Below are positions 1 through 9,314 of a DNA stretch of 37,406 bases, in pieces; the stretch's first letter is position 1, and each line of letters opens with the position of its first letter. The position numbers were made by a program, and so were the translations under genes. The notes under the pieces are model-generated. The model did no database searches and was not told the DNA's origin. It saw only the letters and a list, made by a program, of their open reading frames with translations. This DNA comes from Mycobacterium sp. GTDB lineage: Bacteria; Actinomycetota; Actinomycetes; Mycobacteriales; Mycobacteriaceae. The DNA lies in contig DASQCE010000066.1 of assembly GCA_035634855.1 (NCBI GenBank), positions 1 through 37,406 of the forward strand, written 5' to 3'.

Positions 1-324
1 CCGGTGCCCGGCACCTTCGTCGTCAACATCGGCGACATGCTGGAACTGTGGACCAATGGTGCCTACGTGGCAACCAGCCACCGGGTGTGCAAGGTGAAAG
101 AGGAACGGTACTCGTTCCCGCTGTTCTTCAACGTCGACTACTACACCGAGGTGAAACCGTTGCCGCAGTTTGCTTCTCGCGACGGCAAGCAGCGGCCGGC
201 ACTACGCGCGGGTGAGCACCTGTTCGCTCAGACCGCGCAGACGTTCGCCTATCTTCGCGACCGGGTCGAGGCCGGCGAGCTGCTGCTGCCCGACGGCTCG
301 CAGGAAATCGGACAGTTTGGATAA
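1..324 (+). CDS. 2-oxoglutarate/Fe(II) dioxygenase (isopenicillin N synthase family), C-terminal part; 5' end outside window
   Basis: PGTFVVNIGDMLELWTNG..ATSHRV..RYSFPLF carries the distal His and RxS motif of IPNS-like oxygenases. Confidence 0.85.
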   Translation, partial: PVPGTFVVNIGDMLELWTNGAYVATSHRVCKVKEERYSFPLFFNVDYYTEVKPLPQFASRDGKQRPALRAGEHLFAQTAQTFAYLRDRVEAGELLLPDGSQEIGQFG

Positions 325-368
325 CAAGCACTGCAGAAGCGGGCCTAGTCTTCGGTAGTTTCGGCAGC

Positions 369-1388
369 GTGCCTGAGCTGACGAACCGCCAGATCCTGCT
401 GCGCCGACGTCCGACCGGGCTGGTCCAGCCCGATGACACCGAGCTGGTCACCAACCCGGCGCCCGAGCCCGCCGACGGTGAGGCGCTGGTGCGCACCACC
501 TACATCGGGATGGACGCCGCCGCCCGTACCTGGCTCGACGGCCAGCCAGGCTACCTGCCCGCGCTCCAGCTGGGCGACGTCATCCGGGCGGCGGGCATCG
601 GCGAGGTCGTGGCATCACGCTGCGACGCCTACGCCGTCGGCGACGTGGTCACCACGCTGACGGGCTTCCAGGAGTACGTCATCATCCGCGACGACGTGTT
701 CACCACGCCCATCCCCGGGGAGACCGACCAACTCGCGATCATGTCCGTCTATGGCCCGACCGGCGCCACCGCCTACTTCGGGATGACCGACATCGGCAGG
801 CCCCAGCCAGGGGAGACCGTGGTGGTGTCGGCCGCGGCGGGCGCTACCGGGTCGGTGGCCGGCCAGATCGCCAAGATCGCCGGCGCACGCGTGGTGGGCA
901 TCGCGGGAGGGCCGCACAAGTGCAAGGCGGTGGTCGAAGACTTCGGGTTCGACGCCTGCATCGACTATAAGGAGGCCAACCTTCCCGCGTCGCTCAAAGA
1001 GCACTGCCCGAAGGGCGTGAACGTCTACTTCGACAACGTGGGCGGTGCGATCCTCGACGCGGTGCTGGGCCGGCTGGCCCCGAAGGCACGGGTCGTGCTC
1101 TGCGGCGTCATTTCCAGCTACCTGACCGGGGAACACCCCGGCCCCGCCAACTACGTCAACTTGCTTGCGAGGACCGCGCTCATGCAGGGATTCAATGCGC
1201 TCGACGAGTGGGGCCGCTTCGACGAAGCGTTCGCCTCGCTGCGCCAGTGGGAGGAGGATGGCCGGCTCGTGCACCGCCAGACCATCTTCGAAGGCATCGA
1301 ATCGTGCGTCGACGCCCTCAACGGGCTGTTCACCGGCGCCAACATCGGCAAGACGCTGGTCAATGTCGGCGAACACACGCCCGCCTGA
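369..1388 (+). CDS. NADP-dependent oxidoreductase (MDR superfamily, prostaglandin reductase/CurA-like)
   Basis: 339 aa; VVVSAAAGATGS, YFDNVGG, CGVISSY, GLFTGANIGK motifs. Confidence 0.92.
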   Translation: MPELTNRQILLRRRPTGLVQPDDTELVTNPAPEPADGEALVRTTYIGMDAAARTWLDGQPGYLPALQLGDVIRAAGIGEVVASRCDAYAVGDVVTTLTGFQEYVIIRDDVFTTPIPGETDQLAIMSVYGPTGATAYFGMTDIGRPQPGETVVVSAAAGATGSVAGQIAKIAGARVVGIAGGPHKCKAVVEDFGFDACIDYKEANLPASLKEHCPKGVNVYFDNVGGAILDAVLGRLAPKARVVLCGVISSYLTGEHPGPANYVNLLARTALMQGFNALDEWGRFDEAFASLRQWEEDGRLVHRQTIFEGIESCVDALNGLFTGANIGKTLVNVGEHTPA

Positions 1389-1873
1389 TGCCGAAGCTGA
1401 GCGCGGGCCTGCTGCTGTACCGGGTCACCGACGGCGGCGTCGAGGTGCTGATCGGGCATCCCGGCGGCCCCTTCTGGGCCCGCAAAGACGAAGGGGCGTG
1501 GTCGATTCCGAAGGGGGAGTATGTCGAGGGTGAAGATCCCTGGACGACGGCGCAACGCGAATTCCACGAGGAACTCGGCAAGGCGGCGCCGGACGGGCCG
1601 CGCATCGACTTCGCGCCGTTGAAGCAGCCGAGCGGCAAGGTCATCACGGCGTTCGCCGTTCGCGGCGATCTGGACCTCGAGGGCACCGTCAGCAACACGT
1701 TCGAGCTGGAGTGGCCGAAGGGGTCGGGCAACATCAGCGAGTATCCGGAAATCGACCGCGTAGGTTGGTTTTCCGTGGCCGAGGCCCACGTGAAACTCCT
1801 CAAGGGTCAGAGGCCGTTGCTCGATCGACTCATGGCTGCCCTCGAACGCGGCGAACCGGGTCTCGGTGAGTGA
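1388..1873 (+). CDS. NUDIX hydrolase
   Basis: ATG at 1388 overlaps the upstream TGA; MPKLSAGLLLYR..HPGGPFW..WSIPKGE..TAQREFHEELG Nudix box. Confidence 0.92.
   Translation: MPKLSAGLLLYRVTDGGVEVLIGHPGGPFWARKDEGAWSIPKGEYVEGEDPWTTAQREFHEELGKAAPDGPRIDFAPLKQPSGKVITAFAVRGDLDLEGTVSNTFELEWPKGSGNISEYPEIDRVGWFSVAEAHVKLLKGQRPLLDRLMAALERGEPGLGE
1730..1865 (+). repeat. Direct repeat copy 1 of the NUDIX-3'/SnoaL-3' junction (inside the intact NUDIX gene)
   Basis: Core GGCTGCCCTCGAACGCGGCGAACCGGG (1834-1860) recurs at 11721-11747 (1 mismatch) and 13801-13827 (identical). Confidence 0.9.
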
Positions 1874-2051
1874 CACAGCTGGCGCCGAGGTGGGGTCGAT
1901 GGATCTGGCCGGCGACGAGCGCGAATTCGTATTTCGGTGGCCCGGACCCATTAGGGCAGTGCACTGGCGACCGCGGTTCGCACCGGTGGACGGCACCTGG
2001 CGAATCATGGTAGAGCGCAACAAGAATCAGCGTAGCAATGCCCGTGACGGT

Positions 2052-2453
2052 TCAGTCCACCGCGTGAAATTCGTCGAGCTCCTGCGTCAGGTACTCGATG
2101 AGGTTCCAGATGTCGGGCATTTCCGGAGTACTGATGACGCCGAAGTCGATCGCGTCCCGGTAGCTGCCCTGCGGCTCCCCAGCCGAACGGACGGCTCAGA
2201 CCGCTCGCCTCCCCTCGCAATCGCCCGCACCAGCCGAATTCCGTTGAGCGGATGGCGAATCACGCCGAGCCCGCCCCGCCCGAGCATCTCCCCACTCGGA
2301 CGGCACAGGCTCCGACGTCGGCTTGGCCGGAGGCGGCAGGATCTCCTGCGGCTCGGGACTCGGGTCGACGATCATCATCCCGCAGACGTGACCGATGGTT
2401 CGTGAATTCTCCATGTACAGGAGGCTGGAATGGACACCGGGCAGCTGCCTCAT
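2052..2453 (-). pseudogene. Wax ester synthase/diacylglycerol acyltransferase (WS/DGAT, tgs-like) remnant with internal deletions and frameshift
   Basis: ATG 2453 overlaps the acyl-CoA ligase stop (ATGA). N-term MRQLPGVHSSLLYMENSRTIGHVCGMMIVDPS; middle piece PSPEPQEILPP..PSEW/EMLGRGGLGVIRHPL (frameshift in G run 2290-2293); C-term SYRDAIDFGVISTPEMPDIWNLIEYLTQELDEFHAVD* ending 2052. No HHxxxDG. Confidence 0.8.
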
Positions 2454-3961
2454 CGGGCGCCTGACTGGTCGGCCGCGATCTTGACCAGCGGGTCGCGGTC
2501 GATGGCGCGCTTGAGGAGTTTGCCGGTCGAGCCCTTCGGCAGCTCGTCGACAAACTGTACGACGCGCGGAATCTTGTAGGCCGACAAGCGCTCTCGCGAC
2601 CACGCCGTGATCGCGGGACCGTCCTGGCGCGAACCGGGACGAAGGACGACGACGGCGGCGACCTCCTCGCCGTAGTGTTCATGCGGAATGCCGACGACCG
2701 CGGCCTCGACGATGTCCGGGTGTTCGTAGAGAACCGCCTCGACCTCGCTGGGGTACACGTTGTAGCCGCCGCGGATGATCAGATCCTTGACCCGGTCGAC
2801 GATGCGCAGGTTTCCCTCGGCGTCCATCGCCCCGATGTCGCCGGTGCGCAACCAGCCGTCGGCCGACAACACCTCGGTCGTGGCGTCCGGGCGATTGTGG
2901 TAGCCGCGCATCACCGTTGGGCCCTTGATGTACACCTCACCCGCGGTGTTCCGCCCGACCGCCCGGCCGTCCTGGTCGCGGATCTGCACCTCGGTGTCGA
3001 ACACCGCCTGACCGACCGTCCCAGGCGGAGCGGTGGCGCCGCTGAACGTCGCGACGGCGGTGGTTTCGGTCAGCCCGTACCCCTCGAGCAAGGTGCAGCC
3101 GAACTTCTCCTGGAAGGCCCGGGCGACCTCCGCCGGGAGCGACGCCCCGCCGGAAACGGCGAGGCGAAGTTGGGCGAAATCGTCAGCGGTGGCGTCGCCG
3201 GCGCTGTGCAGCATCGCGTTCCACATGGTCGGGACGCCGCACATGATGGTCAGCCGGTCGCGACGAAGCATGTCCAGCATCGCCTCGGCGCTGAACCGCG
3301 CCAACAGTGACACGGTTGCGCCACCAGTGAGCGCCGACATCAGCACCGCCGCCTGTCCGAACACGTGGAACAGCGGAAGGCCGGTGCCGACCCGATCCTC
3401 GGGTGTGGTGCCGCAGAGCCGCGCCGAGATCTCTCCCGCGGACAGCAGGTTGCCAACGGTCAACTCGGCACCCTTGGGTCGCCCGGTTGTCCCGGACGTG
3501 AACAGGATGACGGCCGTGTCGTCGGACGCGCGGTCGCACACCACGCCGAGAATTTCGTCGCCGGCCCGAGCGCCTTCGGTCAAGCTCCAGTGCGGTACTC
3601 CGTGCGTGGTGGCGGCTTCGGCTGCCGCCGAGCCGAGTTCGTGCCACGCGACCACGAGCGAACAGCCGGCGTCACCAATGAAGTACTCCAGCTCCGAGCG
3701 CGTCGACATGGTGTTGACCGGGACCACCACCCCGCCGAGCGCGTGGATGCCGAGGTAGGCGATCACGAACTCCGGCACGGTCGGAGCGATCAACAGGACC
3801 CGGTCCCCGGCCCCGATGCTCTGCTGGCGAAGGGCCTCCGCATAGGCCAGGGCGGCGTCGCTGAGCCGCGCGTAGGTCCAGCTGCCCTGCGCACTCCGCA
3901 GCGCGACGTGCTCGGGGTCGCTATCGGCGTGCCGGAGAACCGGTGTGATGACGCTGGCCAT
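2450..3961 (-). CDS. Long-chain fatty acid--CoA ligase (FadD family)
   Basis: 503 aa; FTSGTTGRPKG, EGYGLTET, RTGDIG, DRVKDLIIRGGYNVYP, PKGSTGK adenylation motifs. Confidence 0.93.
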   Translation of the reverse strand: MASVITPVLRHADSDPEHVALRSAQGSWTYARLSDAALAYAEALRQQSIGAGDRVLLIAPTVPEFVIAYLGIHALGGVVVPVNTMSTRSELEYFIGDAGCSLVVAWHELGSAAAEAATTHGVPHWSLTEGARAGDEILGVVCDRASDDTAVILFTSGTTGRPKGAELTVGNLLSAGEISARLCGTTPEDRVGTGLPLFHVFGQAAVLMSALTGGATVSLLARFSAEAMLDMLRRDRLTIMCGVPTMWNAMLHSAGDATADDFAQLRLAVSGGASLPAEVARAFQEKFGCTLLEGYGLTETTAVATFSGATAPPGTVGQAVFDTEVQIRDQDGRAVGRNTAGEVYIKGPTVMRGYHNRPDATTEVLSADGWLRTGDIGAMDAEGNLRIVDRVKDLIIRGGYNVYPSEVEAVLYEHPDIVEAAVVGIPHEHYGEEVAAVVVLRPGSRQDGPAITAWSRERLSAYKIPRVVQFVDELPKGSTGKLLKRAIDRDPLVKIAADQSGAR

Positions 3962-3976
3962 GTCGCACCTTTCGGA

Positions 3977-4786
3977 TTACGCGATTCTGCTCGCCCGGCT
4001 ATGCCGCGTGGTGTCGGGTTGCGTGGGGAAGTGAATGGCAAGCCATGCGGGCGGAACGAATTTGGGCCACGGATCGGTGGGAACGGCCAGGCGGTCCAGG
4101 ATCGCGTAGGCGGCGGCCGGGTGGAAACCCAACCCACAGTGACTGCCGTAGACCTCGATGTTCTCGGTGAGCGGCCCCGAAGGGTGCACGCAGGTCTCCC
4201 AGCGCACGACCCCGTCGGTCTTGCTGAAGATGGATGTGGCCGGCACCGACGAGACCGACGGCACCCGCCAGGTGTCCATCGCGTATTCGGCCAGGTGAGC
4301 CGGAGCGAACTCGTCGTAGAACAACGATGCCCTCGACTGGCCGCGATCGACGATGTACAGCGGGCTGGCGAGCGTGATCAGGCGATCCACCGCTCCCGGA
4401 TGCCGGCGAGCGAGGTCATGCCCCAGTATGCCGCCCAGGCTCCATCCGATGACGCTCACGGGTTCGCCGTGCACGTCCGTGATGTCATCTAGAACCGCGT
4501 CGATTCCGTTGATGATCCTGCGGGTCGGGCCGACGTTCGTCCCCAGTTTCCACCCGTAGGCCGCATATCCGGCGGTGTTGAGCAGCCGGCGCAACGGACG
4601 GGTGGAACGATCGCCGACGAGCATCCCGGGTAGCACCAGGACCGGTCGATCATGACCCGACCGGCCTACCGACAGTAACCGACAGGTGGCGGTGAAGCCG
4701 GCGTACTCCACGAGTGCCCGGGGCGCCTCGAGCACCGTCAACAGCGGATGCGGTGGACTGACGTCAGCCGACGCCGACTGAACCAT
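3977..4786 (-). CDS. Alpha/beta-fold hydrolase (esterase/lipase)
   Basis: GWSLGG nucleophile elbow, DGVV Asp, SHCGLG His; start moved to ATG 4786, preceded by GGAGA RBS. Confidence 0.85.
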   Translation of the reverse strand: MVQSASADVSPPHPLLTVLEAPRALVEYAGFTATCRLLSVGRSGHDRPVLVLPGMLVGDRSTRPLRRLLNTAGYAAYGWKLGTNVGPTRRIINGIDAVLDDITDVHGEPVSVIGWSLGGILGHDLARRHPGAVDRLITLASPLYIVDRGQSRASLFYDEFAPAHLAEYAMDTWRVPSVSSVPATSIFSKTDGVVRWETCVHPSGPLTENIEVYGSHCGLGFHPAAAYAILDRLAVPTDPWPKFVPPAWLAIHFPTQPDTTRHSRASRIA

Positions 4787-4844
4787 GGTGATCTCCAACC
4801 GTCGCCCCACCCGGTGTTATCCACGTCACACCGACAGTTTTAAT

Positions 4845-4867
4845 TGAACTTGGTGTCAACGTCAATT
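4845..4867. promoter_or_regulatory. Putative TetR operator 1 in the divergent hydrolase/tetR intergenic region
   Basis: TGAACTTGGTGTCAACGTCAATT, imperfect palindrome, 16/23 identical to 5680-5702. Confidence 0.55.
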
Positions 4868-4912
4868 GCCGATGGCCGGTTTCGCAGCGATCGGTCCCGT
4901 ATAAATGTGGAC

Positions 4913-5635
4913 ATGGTCAACGTTGCCGCCGACGACGGCCACGCGGACAGTCCTCCATCGATGGCGCGTTCATCGCTGCTCCGGGAGCCACCGGCTACCG
5001 AGCGCGGTCTGCGTACTCGCGCCGCGTTGGTTGCGGCGGCACGAAAAGTTTTCGAACGCATGGGATATCTGGATGCCCGGCTGGTCGACATCACGCGCGC
5101 GGCAAAGTGCTCGGCGGGCACCTTTTACACGTACTTCTCCAGCAAGGAAGAGATCTTCGCGGCGGTTCTCGTGGTCGCCCAGGAGGACATGCTGCATCCC
5201 GGCATGCCGCATGTCGCGACCGAGGACGATCCCGCCGCCATCATCGAGGCCAGCAACCGGGCCTACCTGCAGGCGTACAAGCGCAACGCGAAGCTGATGG
5301 GCCTGCTCGAACAGGTTGCCAACGTCGACCCCGAGTTCCGGGAGTTGCGCACCTTGCGCTCGAACGCGTTCGTCCGGCGCAACGCGCGCAGCATCGCCAA
5401 GCTGCAGGCCAATGGCCAGGCGGATACAGATTTGGACCCCCTGCTCGCGTCGCGAGCGCTGTCCGCGATGATGAGCCGTTTTGCGTTCGGGCACTTCGTC
5501 ACACGCGAGGACCGCGACGACACACCGGCGACGACCGACGAGGATCTCGTCCAGACTGTGACCCGGCTGTGGGTTAACGCCCTTCGGATTCCTCGACCGG
5601 GTCACCGTGTCCGGTCAGCGGCCCAGGACCCGTAA
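4913..5635 (+). CDS. TetR/AcrR family transcriptional regulator
   Basis: RGLRTRAALVAAARKVF..ITRAAKCSAGTFYTYFSSKEEIF helix-turn-helix; start uncertain (4913 or 4961). Confidence 0.9.
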   Translation: MVNVAADDGHADSPPSMARSSLLREPPATERGLRTRAALVAAARKVFERMGYLDARLVDITRAAKCSAGTFYTYFSSKEEIFAAVLVVAQEDMLHPGMPHVATEDDPAAIIEASNRAYLQAYKRNAKLMGLLEQVANVDPEFRELRTLRSNAFVRRNARSIAKLQANGQADTDLDPLLASRALSAMMSRFAFGHFVTREDRDDTPATTDEDLVQTVTRLWVNALRIPRPGHRVRSAAQDP

Positions 5636-5679
5636 CCGCCGCGAAGCGAGCGCTGATGATCACGGGGCGCAGCAGAAGC

Positions 5680-5714
5680 TGAACTTGACGTCGGATTCAA
5701 ATTTTGGGTATAAG
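5680..5714 (+). promoter_or_regulatory. SigA-type promoter (TTGACG-18-TATAAG) overlapped by putative TetR operator 2
   Basis: TTGACG 5685-5690, TATAAG 5709-5714; imperfect palindrome AACTTGA-N8-TCAAATT; upstream of the HAD-SDR-ACAD operon. Confidence 0.6.
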
Positions 5715-5779
5715 AAGTGGGTGAGATGCGCCCGGGGTGGTTGTGCCGAGAAGATGGTGCTCGCGCGGTTCGAGCTCAC

Positions 5780-6418
5780 ATGACGCGCACCGCGGTGCTG
5801 GTGGACTTCGGCGGCGTGCTGACCACCAGCGTGCTCCAGGCTTTCGAGGATTTCGGCGTCTCGGTCGGTGCGGTGCGGGGGCTGCTGCTGGAGTTGCTCA
5901 GCAACGACGCCGCGTGCCGGAAACTTCTGGTCGAGCACGAGTCCGGCCGCATCGACGCCGACGCCTTTGACCGCGGGTTCGCCGAGCGGCTCCACGCGCA
6001 CGGCGTTGCGGTTGACCCCGAGCGGCTCTCGGTGCGGATGCAGGCCGGTTTGCGTCGCGACGACGACACCGTGCGCCTGATCGAAGAGCTCCGGACAGCC
6101 AGAGTTCCGATTGCCTTGGTGTCCAACGCATTCGGGCGCGACTGCTACGCGGGCTTCGACCTCAACGCGCTGGCCGACGTCGTGGTGATCTCCTCGGAAG
6201 TCGGCATCCGCAAGCCATCGCGGCGGATCTACGCCATCGCATGTGAGCGACTCGGGGTGACACCCGAGCAGGCGATCATGATCGACGACCTGCAGCAGAA
6301 CCTCGACGGCGCGGCCCGGCTCGGGATCGCCGGCGTGCTGCACACCGAGGCCGCGGACACCCGCAAACAGCTCGACGAACGCTTCGGTATCCGCGTGGCA
6401 CCAAAGGAGACTCGATGA
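5780..6418 (+). CDS. HAD family phosphatase (similar to the ACAD10/soluble epoxide hydrolase N-terminal domain)
   Basis: LVDFGGVL motif I, LVSN motif II, RKPSRRIY, IDDLQQNLDGAARLG motif IV; likely ATG 5780. Confidence 0.88.
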   Translation: MTRTAVLVDFGGVLTTSVLQAFEDFGVSVGAVRGLLLELLSNDAACRKLLVEHESGRIDADAFDRGFAERLHAHGVAVDPERLSVRMQAGLRRDDDTVRLIEELRTARVPIALVSNAFGRDCYAGFDLNALADVVVISSEVGIRKPSRRIYAIACERLGVTPEQAIMIDDLQQNLDGAARLGIAGVLHTEAADTRKQLDERFGIRVAPKETR

Positions 6419-7236
6419 AGGTCGACGGCAAGGTCGCCATCGTCACCGGTGGGGGTGGCGGCATCGGCGGCGCGCTCGTCGGGGAACTCACCACCCACGG
6501 CGCCCGCGTGCTGGTGGCAGACCTGGAAGCGGCCCGAGCGCAGGCGGTCGCCGACAAGTTCAACAGTGCTCGGCCGGGGGCTGCGGTCGCGGCCGGCGCG
6601 GACGTCTCTGACACGACGGCCATTCGTAGCCTGATCTCGTTGGCGGAGCGCGACTTCGGCCCGGTCGATATGTACTTCGCCAACGCCGGGGTCCTCGGGA
6701 CACCCGGGCTCGAGGCCAGCGACGCGGACTGGGATCGTGCGATCGACGTGAACCTGCGCGCCCACATCCGGGCCGCGCAACTGCTGATTCCCGGCTGGGT
6801 CGAGCGCGGCGAAGGCTATTTCGTCAGCACCGCATCGGCCGCCGGCCTGCTCACCCAGATCGGCGGGGCCACCTACGCCGTCACCAAGCACGCTGCCGTC
6901 GGATTCGCAGAATGGCTCAGCATCACCTACGGCGACCTGGGCATCCGGGTCAGCTGCCTGTGCCCGATGGGTGTGAACACCGAGCTGTTGTACGGCGGAG
7001 AGAGTTCCGGGCATCCGCTCGGCGTCGCCGCTACCCGGGCGGTCACCTCCGCCGGCGCGGTGCTTGAGCCCGCCGAGGTCGCCCGCGACGCACTGGCCGC
7101 CATCGACGAAGAGCGGTTCTTGATCCTGCCACACGCCAACGTGCTCGACATGTTCCGGCAGAAGGCATCCGATTACGACCGCTGGCTGCGCGGGATGCGC
7201 CGCTACCAGGCTTCGTTGCTGAACGACAGTCAATGA
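6415..7236 (+). CDS. SDR family oxidoreductase
   Basis: TGGGGGIG, ANAG, YAVTK; ATGA overlap with HAD gene; AAGGAG RBS. Confidence 0.92.
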   Translation: MKVDGKVAIVTGGGGGIGGALVGELTTHGARVLVADLEAARAQAVADKFNSARPGAAVAAGADVSDTTAIRSLISLAERDFGPVDMYFANAGVLGTPGLEASDADWDRAIDVNLRAHIRAAQLLIPGWVERGEGYFVSTASAAGLLTQIGGATYAVTKHAAVGFAEWLSITYGDLGIRVSCLCPMGVNTELLYGGESSGHPLGVAATRAVTSAGAVLEPAEVARDALAAIDEERFLILPHANVLDMFRQKASDYDRWLRGMRRYQASLLNDSQ

Positions 7237-7263
7237 CCATTCCCTACCGATCAAGGAGCCCAC

Positions 7264-8496
7264 ATGTCCATGTTTGACATCTCGGAACGCGCGCAGCAGC
7301 TGCAGAAGGAGCTGTTCGACTTCATGGAGTCGCATGTGTACCCGGCGGAGGCCGTGTACGAGGAGCAGATGCGGGACTCGGGCGACCCGCACTATCAGCC
7401 GCCGGTCCTGGAGGAACTCAAGGTCGAGGCCCGAAAACGCGGCCTGTGGAACCTCTTTCACCCGCACCCCGATACCGGCGCGGGACTGACCAACCTGGAA
7501 TATGCGCCGCTCGCGGAGATCATGGGCCGCAGCTTCATCGCCCCCGAGGCGTGCAACTGCAGCGCTCCCGACACCGGCAACATGGAGGTGCTGGAGCTCT
7601 TCGGCAGCGACGAGCACCGGGAGAAGTACCTCAAGCCGCTGCTGGAGGGCACCATCAGGTCGGCGTTCGCCATGACCGAGCCACAAGTGGCCAGCTCCGA
7701 TGCCACCAATGTCGAGCTGTCCATGCTCCGGGACGGCGACGACTACGTGCTCAACGGCCGGAAGTGGTTCGCCTCCAACGCCTTGCACCGGAACTGCAAG
7801 GTCCTCATCGTGATGGGCAAGACCGACCCTGCCGCCCCGCCGCACCGTCAGCAGTCGATGATGGTGGTGCCGATTGACGCCCCCGGCGTCACCGTGCTGC
7901 GAGGCCTGCCGGTGTTCGGCTACCAGGACCGCGAGGGCCACGCCGAGATCGACTTCACCGACGTACGGGTGCCCGCCAAGGATGTGCTCAAGGGCGAGGG
8001 TGAGGGCTTCGCGATCAGCCAGGCCCGGCTCGGGCCCGGTCGTATCCACCACTGCATGCGGGCCATCGGCATGGCCGAACGCGCGCTGGAGCTGATGTGC
8101 AAGCGCGCCCAGTCCCGGGTCACCTTCGGTAAGCCGGTCGCCGACAACGCCAACATCCAGGACTGGATCGCCGAGGCGCGCATCGACATCGAGATGATCC
8201 GGCTGCTCACGCTGAAGGCCGCGCACATGATGGACACGGTTGGTAACAAGGAGGCGCAGACCGAGATCGCGGCGATCAAGGTCGCCGCCCCCAACATCGC
8301 GCTGAAGATCGTCGACCGCGCCATTCAAGTCCACGGCGGCGCCGGCGTCACCGACGACTTCCCGCTCGCCATGGCCTACGCGCACCTGCGCACGCTGCGG
8401 CTCGCCGACGGCCCGGACGAGGTGCACAAACGCGCCATTGCGCGCCGCGAACTGCGTCCCTACCGCGACCTGCGTCCGGAGAGCAAGCAACGATGA
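7264..8496 (+). CDS. Acyl-CoA dehydrogenase, ACAD10/11 (FadE2/LvaC-like) subfamily
   Basis: [61 protein letters not shown]. Confidence 0.92.
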   Translation: MSMFDISERAQQLQKELFDFMESHVYPAEAVYEEQMRDSGDPHYQPPVLEELKVEARKRGLWNLFHPHPDTGAGLTNLEYAPLAEIMGRSFIAPEACNCSAPDTGNMEVLELFGSDEHREKYLKPLLEGTIRSAFAMTEPQVASSDATNVELSMLRDGDDYVLNGRKWFASNALHRNCKVLIVMGKTDPAAPPHRQQSMMVVPIDAPGVTVLRGLPVFGYQDREGHAEIDFTDVRVPAKDVLKGEGEGFAISQARLGPGRIHHCMRAIGMAERALELMCKRAQSRVTFGKPVADNANIQDWIAEARIDIEMIRLLTLKAAHMMDTVGNKEAQTEIAAIKVAAPNIALKIVDRAIQVHGGAGVTDDFPLAMAYAHLRTLRLADGPDEVHKRAIARRELRPYRDLRPESKQR

Positions 8497-9266
8497 CGGT
8501 CTTGGAGCCACCGGGCAAGACCGCGATCGTCACCGGCGCCTCCCGCGGAATCGGGTTGGCCGCGGCGCAGGCGCTCGCTACTGCCGGCGCGAACGTGGTG
8601 CTGACCTCGCGCAAGCAGGAGTCGGCCGACGAGGCGGCAGCCCAGATTACCGGCAGTGCGATCGGTGTGGCCGCGCACGCCGTGGACGAAGACCAGGCCC
8701 GGCGCTGTATCGATCTGGCCCTGGAAAAGTTCGGCAGCATCGACGTTCTCGTCAACAATGCCGGCACCAACCCCGCCTTCGGGCCGCTGATCGAGCAGGA
8801 CCATGGCCGGTTCGCGAAGACGTTCGACGTGAACCTGTGGGCGCCGGTGTTGTGGACCGCGCTCGCCACTAAGGCGTGGATGGGCGAGCACGGCGGCTCG
8901 GTGATCAACACCGCATCGCTCGGCGGGTTGGTCCACGAGGCCGGCCTCGGCGTCTACAACACCTCCAAGGCCGCACTGATCTATCTGACCAAGCAGCTGG
9001 CGCTGGAGCTTTCGCCGAAGATCCGGGTCAACGCGGTCGCCCCCGGTGTGGTGCGCACAAGGCTGGCCGAAGCGCTGTGGAAGGAGCACGAACAGGAGCT
9101 TGCGGCGGCCATCGCGCTCAATCGGATCGGCGAACCCGATGACGTCGCCGCGGCTATCGTGTTTTTGGCCTCCGATGCCGCGGCTTGGATCACCGGAGAG
9201 ACCATGGTGATCGACGGCGGCCTGCGGCTCGGCAACCCTGTCCCGTACCGACGCGCTGGTGCATGA
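8493..9266 (+). CDS. SDR family oxidoreductase (DHRS4-like)
   Basis: [20 protein letters not shown]; ATGA overlap. Confidence 0.92.
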   Translation: MTVLEPPGKTAIVTGASRGIGLAAAQALATAGANVVLTSRKQESADEAAAQITGSAIGVAAHAVDEDQARRCIDLALEKFGSIDVLVNNAGTNPAFGPLIEQDHGRFAKTFDVNLWAPVLWTALATKAWMGEHGGSVINTASLGGLVHEAGLGVYNTSKAALIYLTKQLALELSPKIRVNAVAPGVVRTRLAEALWKEHEQELAAAIALNRIGEPDDVAAAIVFLASDAAAWITGETMVIDGGLRLGNPVPYRRAGA

Positions 9267-9314
9267 CGCTTGCGAGATCCCCGCCGCCGCAAGTTTTTAG
9301 CGAGGAGACCAACC

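Noticed and set aside
1866-2405. 179-aa plus-strand ORF after NUDIX
   Set aside because: Mostly antisense to the WS/DGAT relic with no recognisable domain; a short RFAPVDGTWRI stretch is SnoaL-like but too weak to call
6229-8511. 760-aa minus-strand ORF
   Set aside because: Antisense shadow of the SDR and ACAD genes; no motifs; expected from high-GC codon bias
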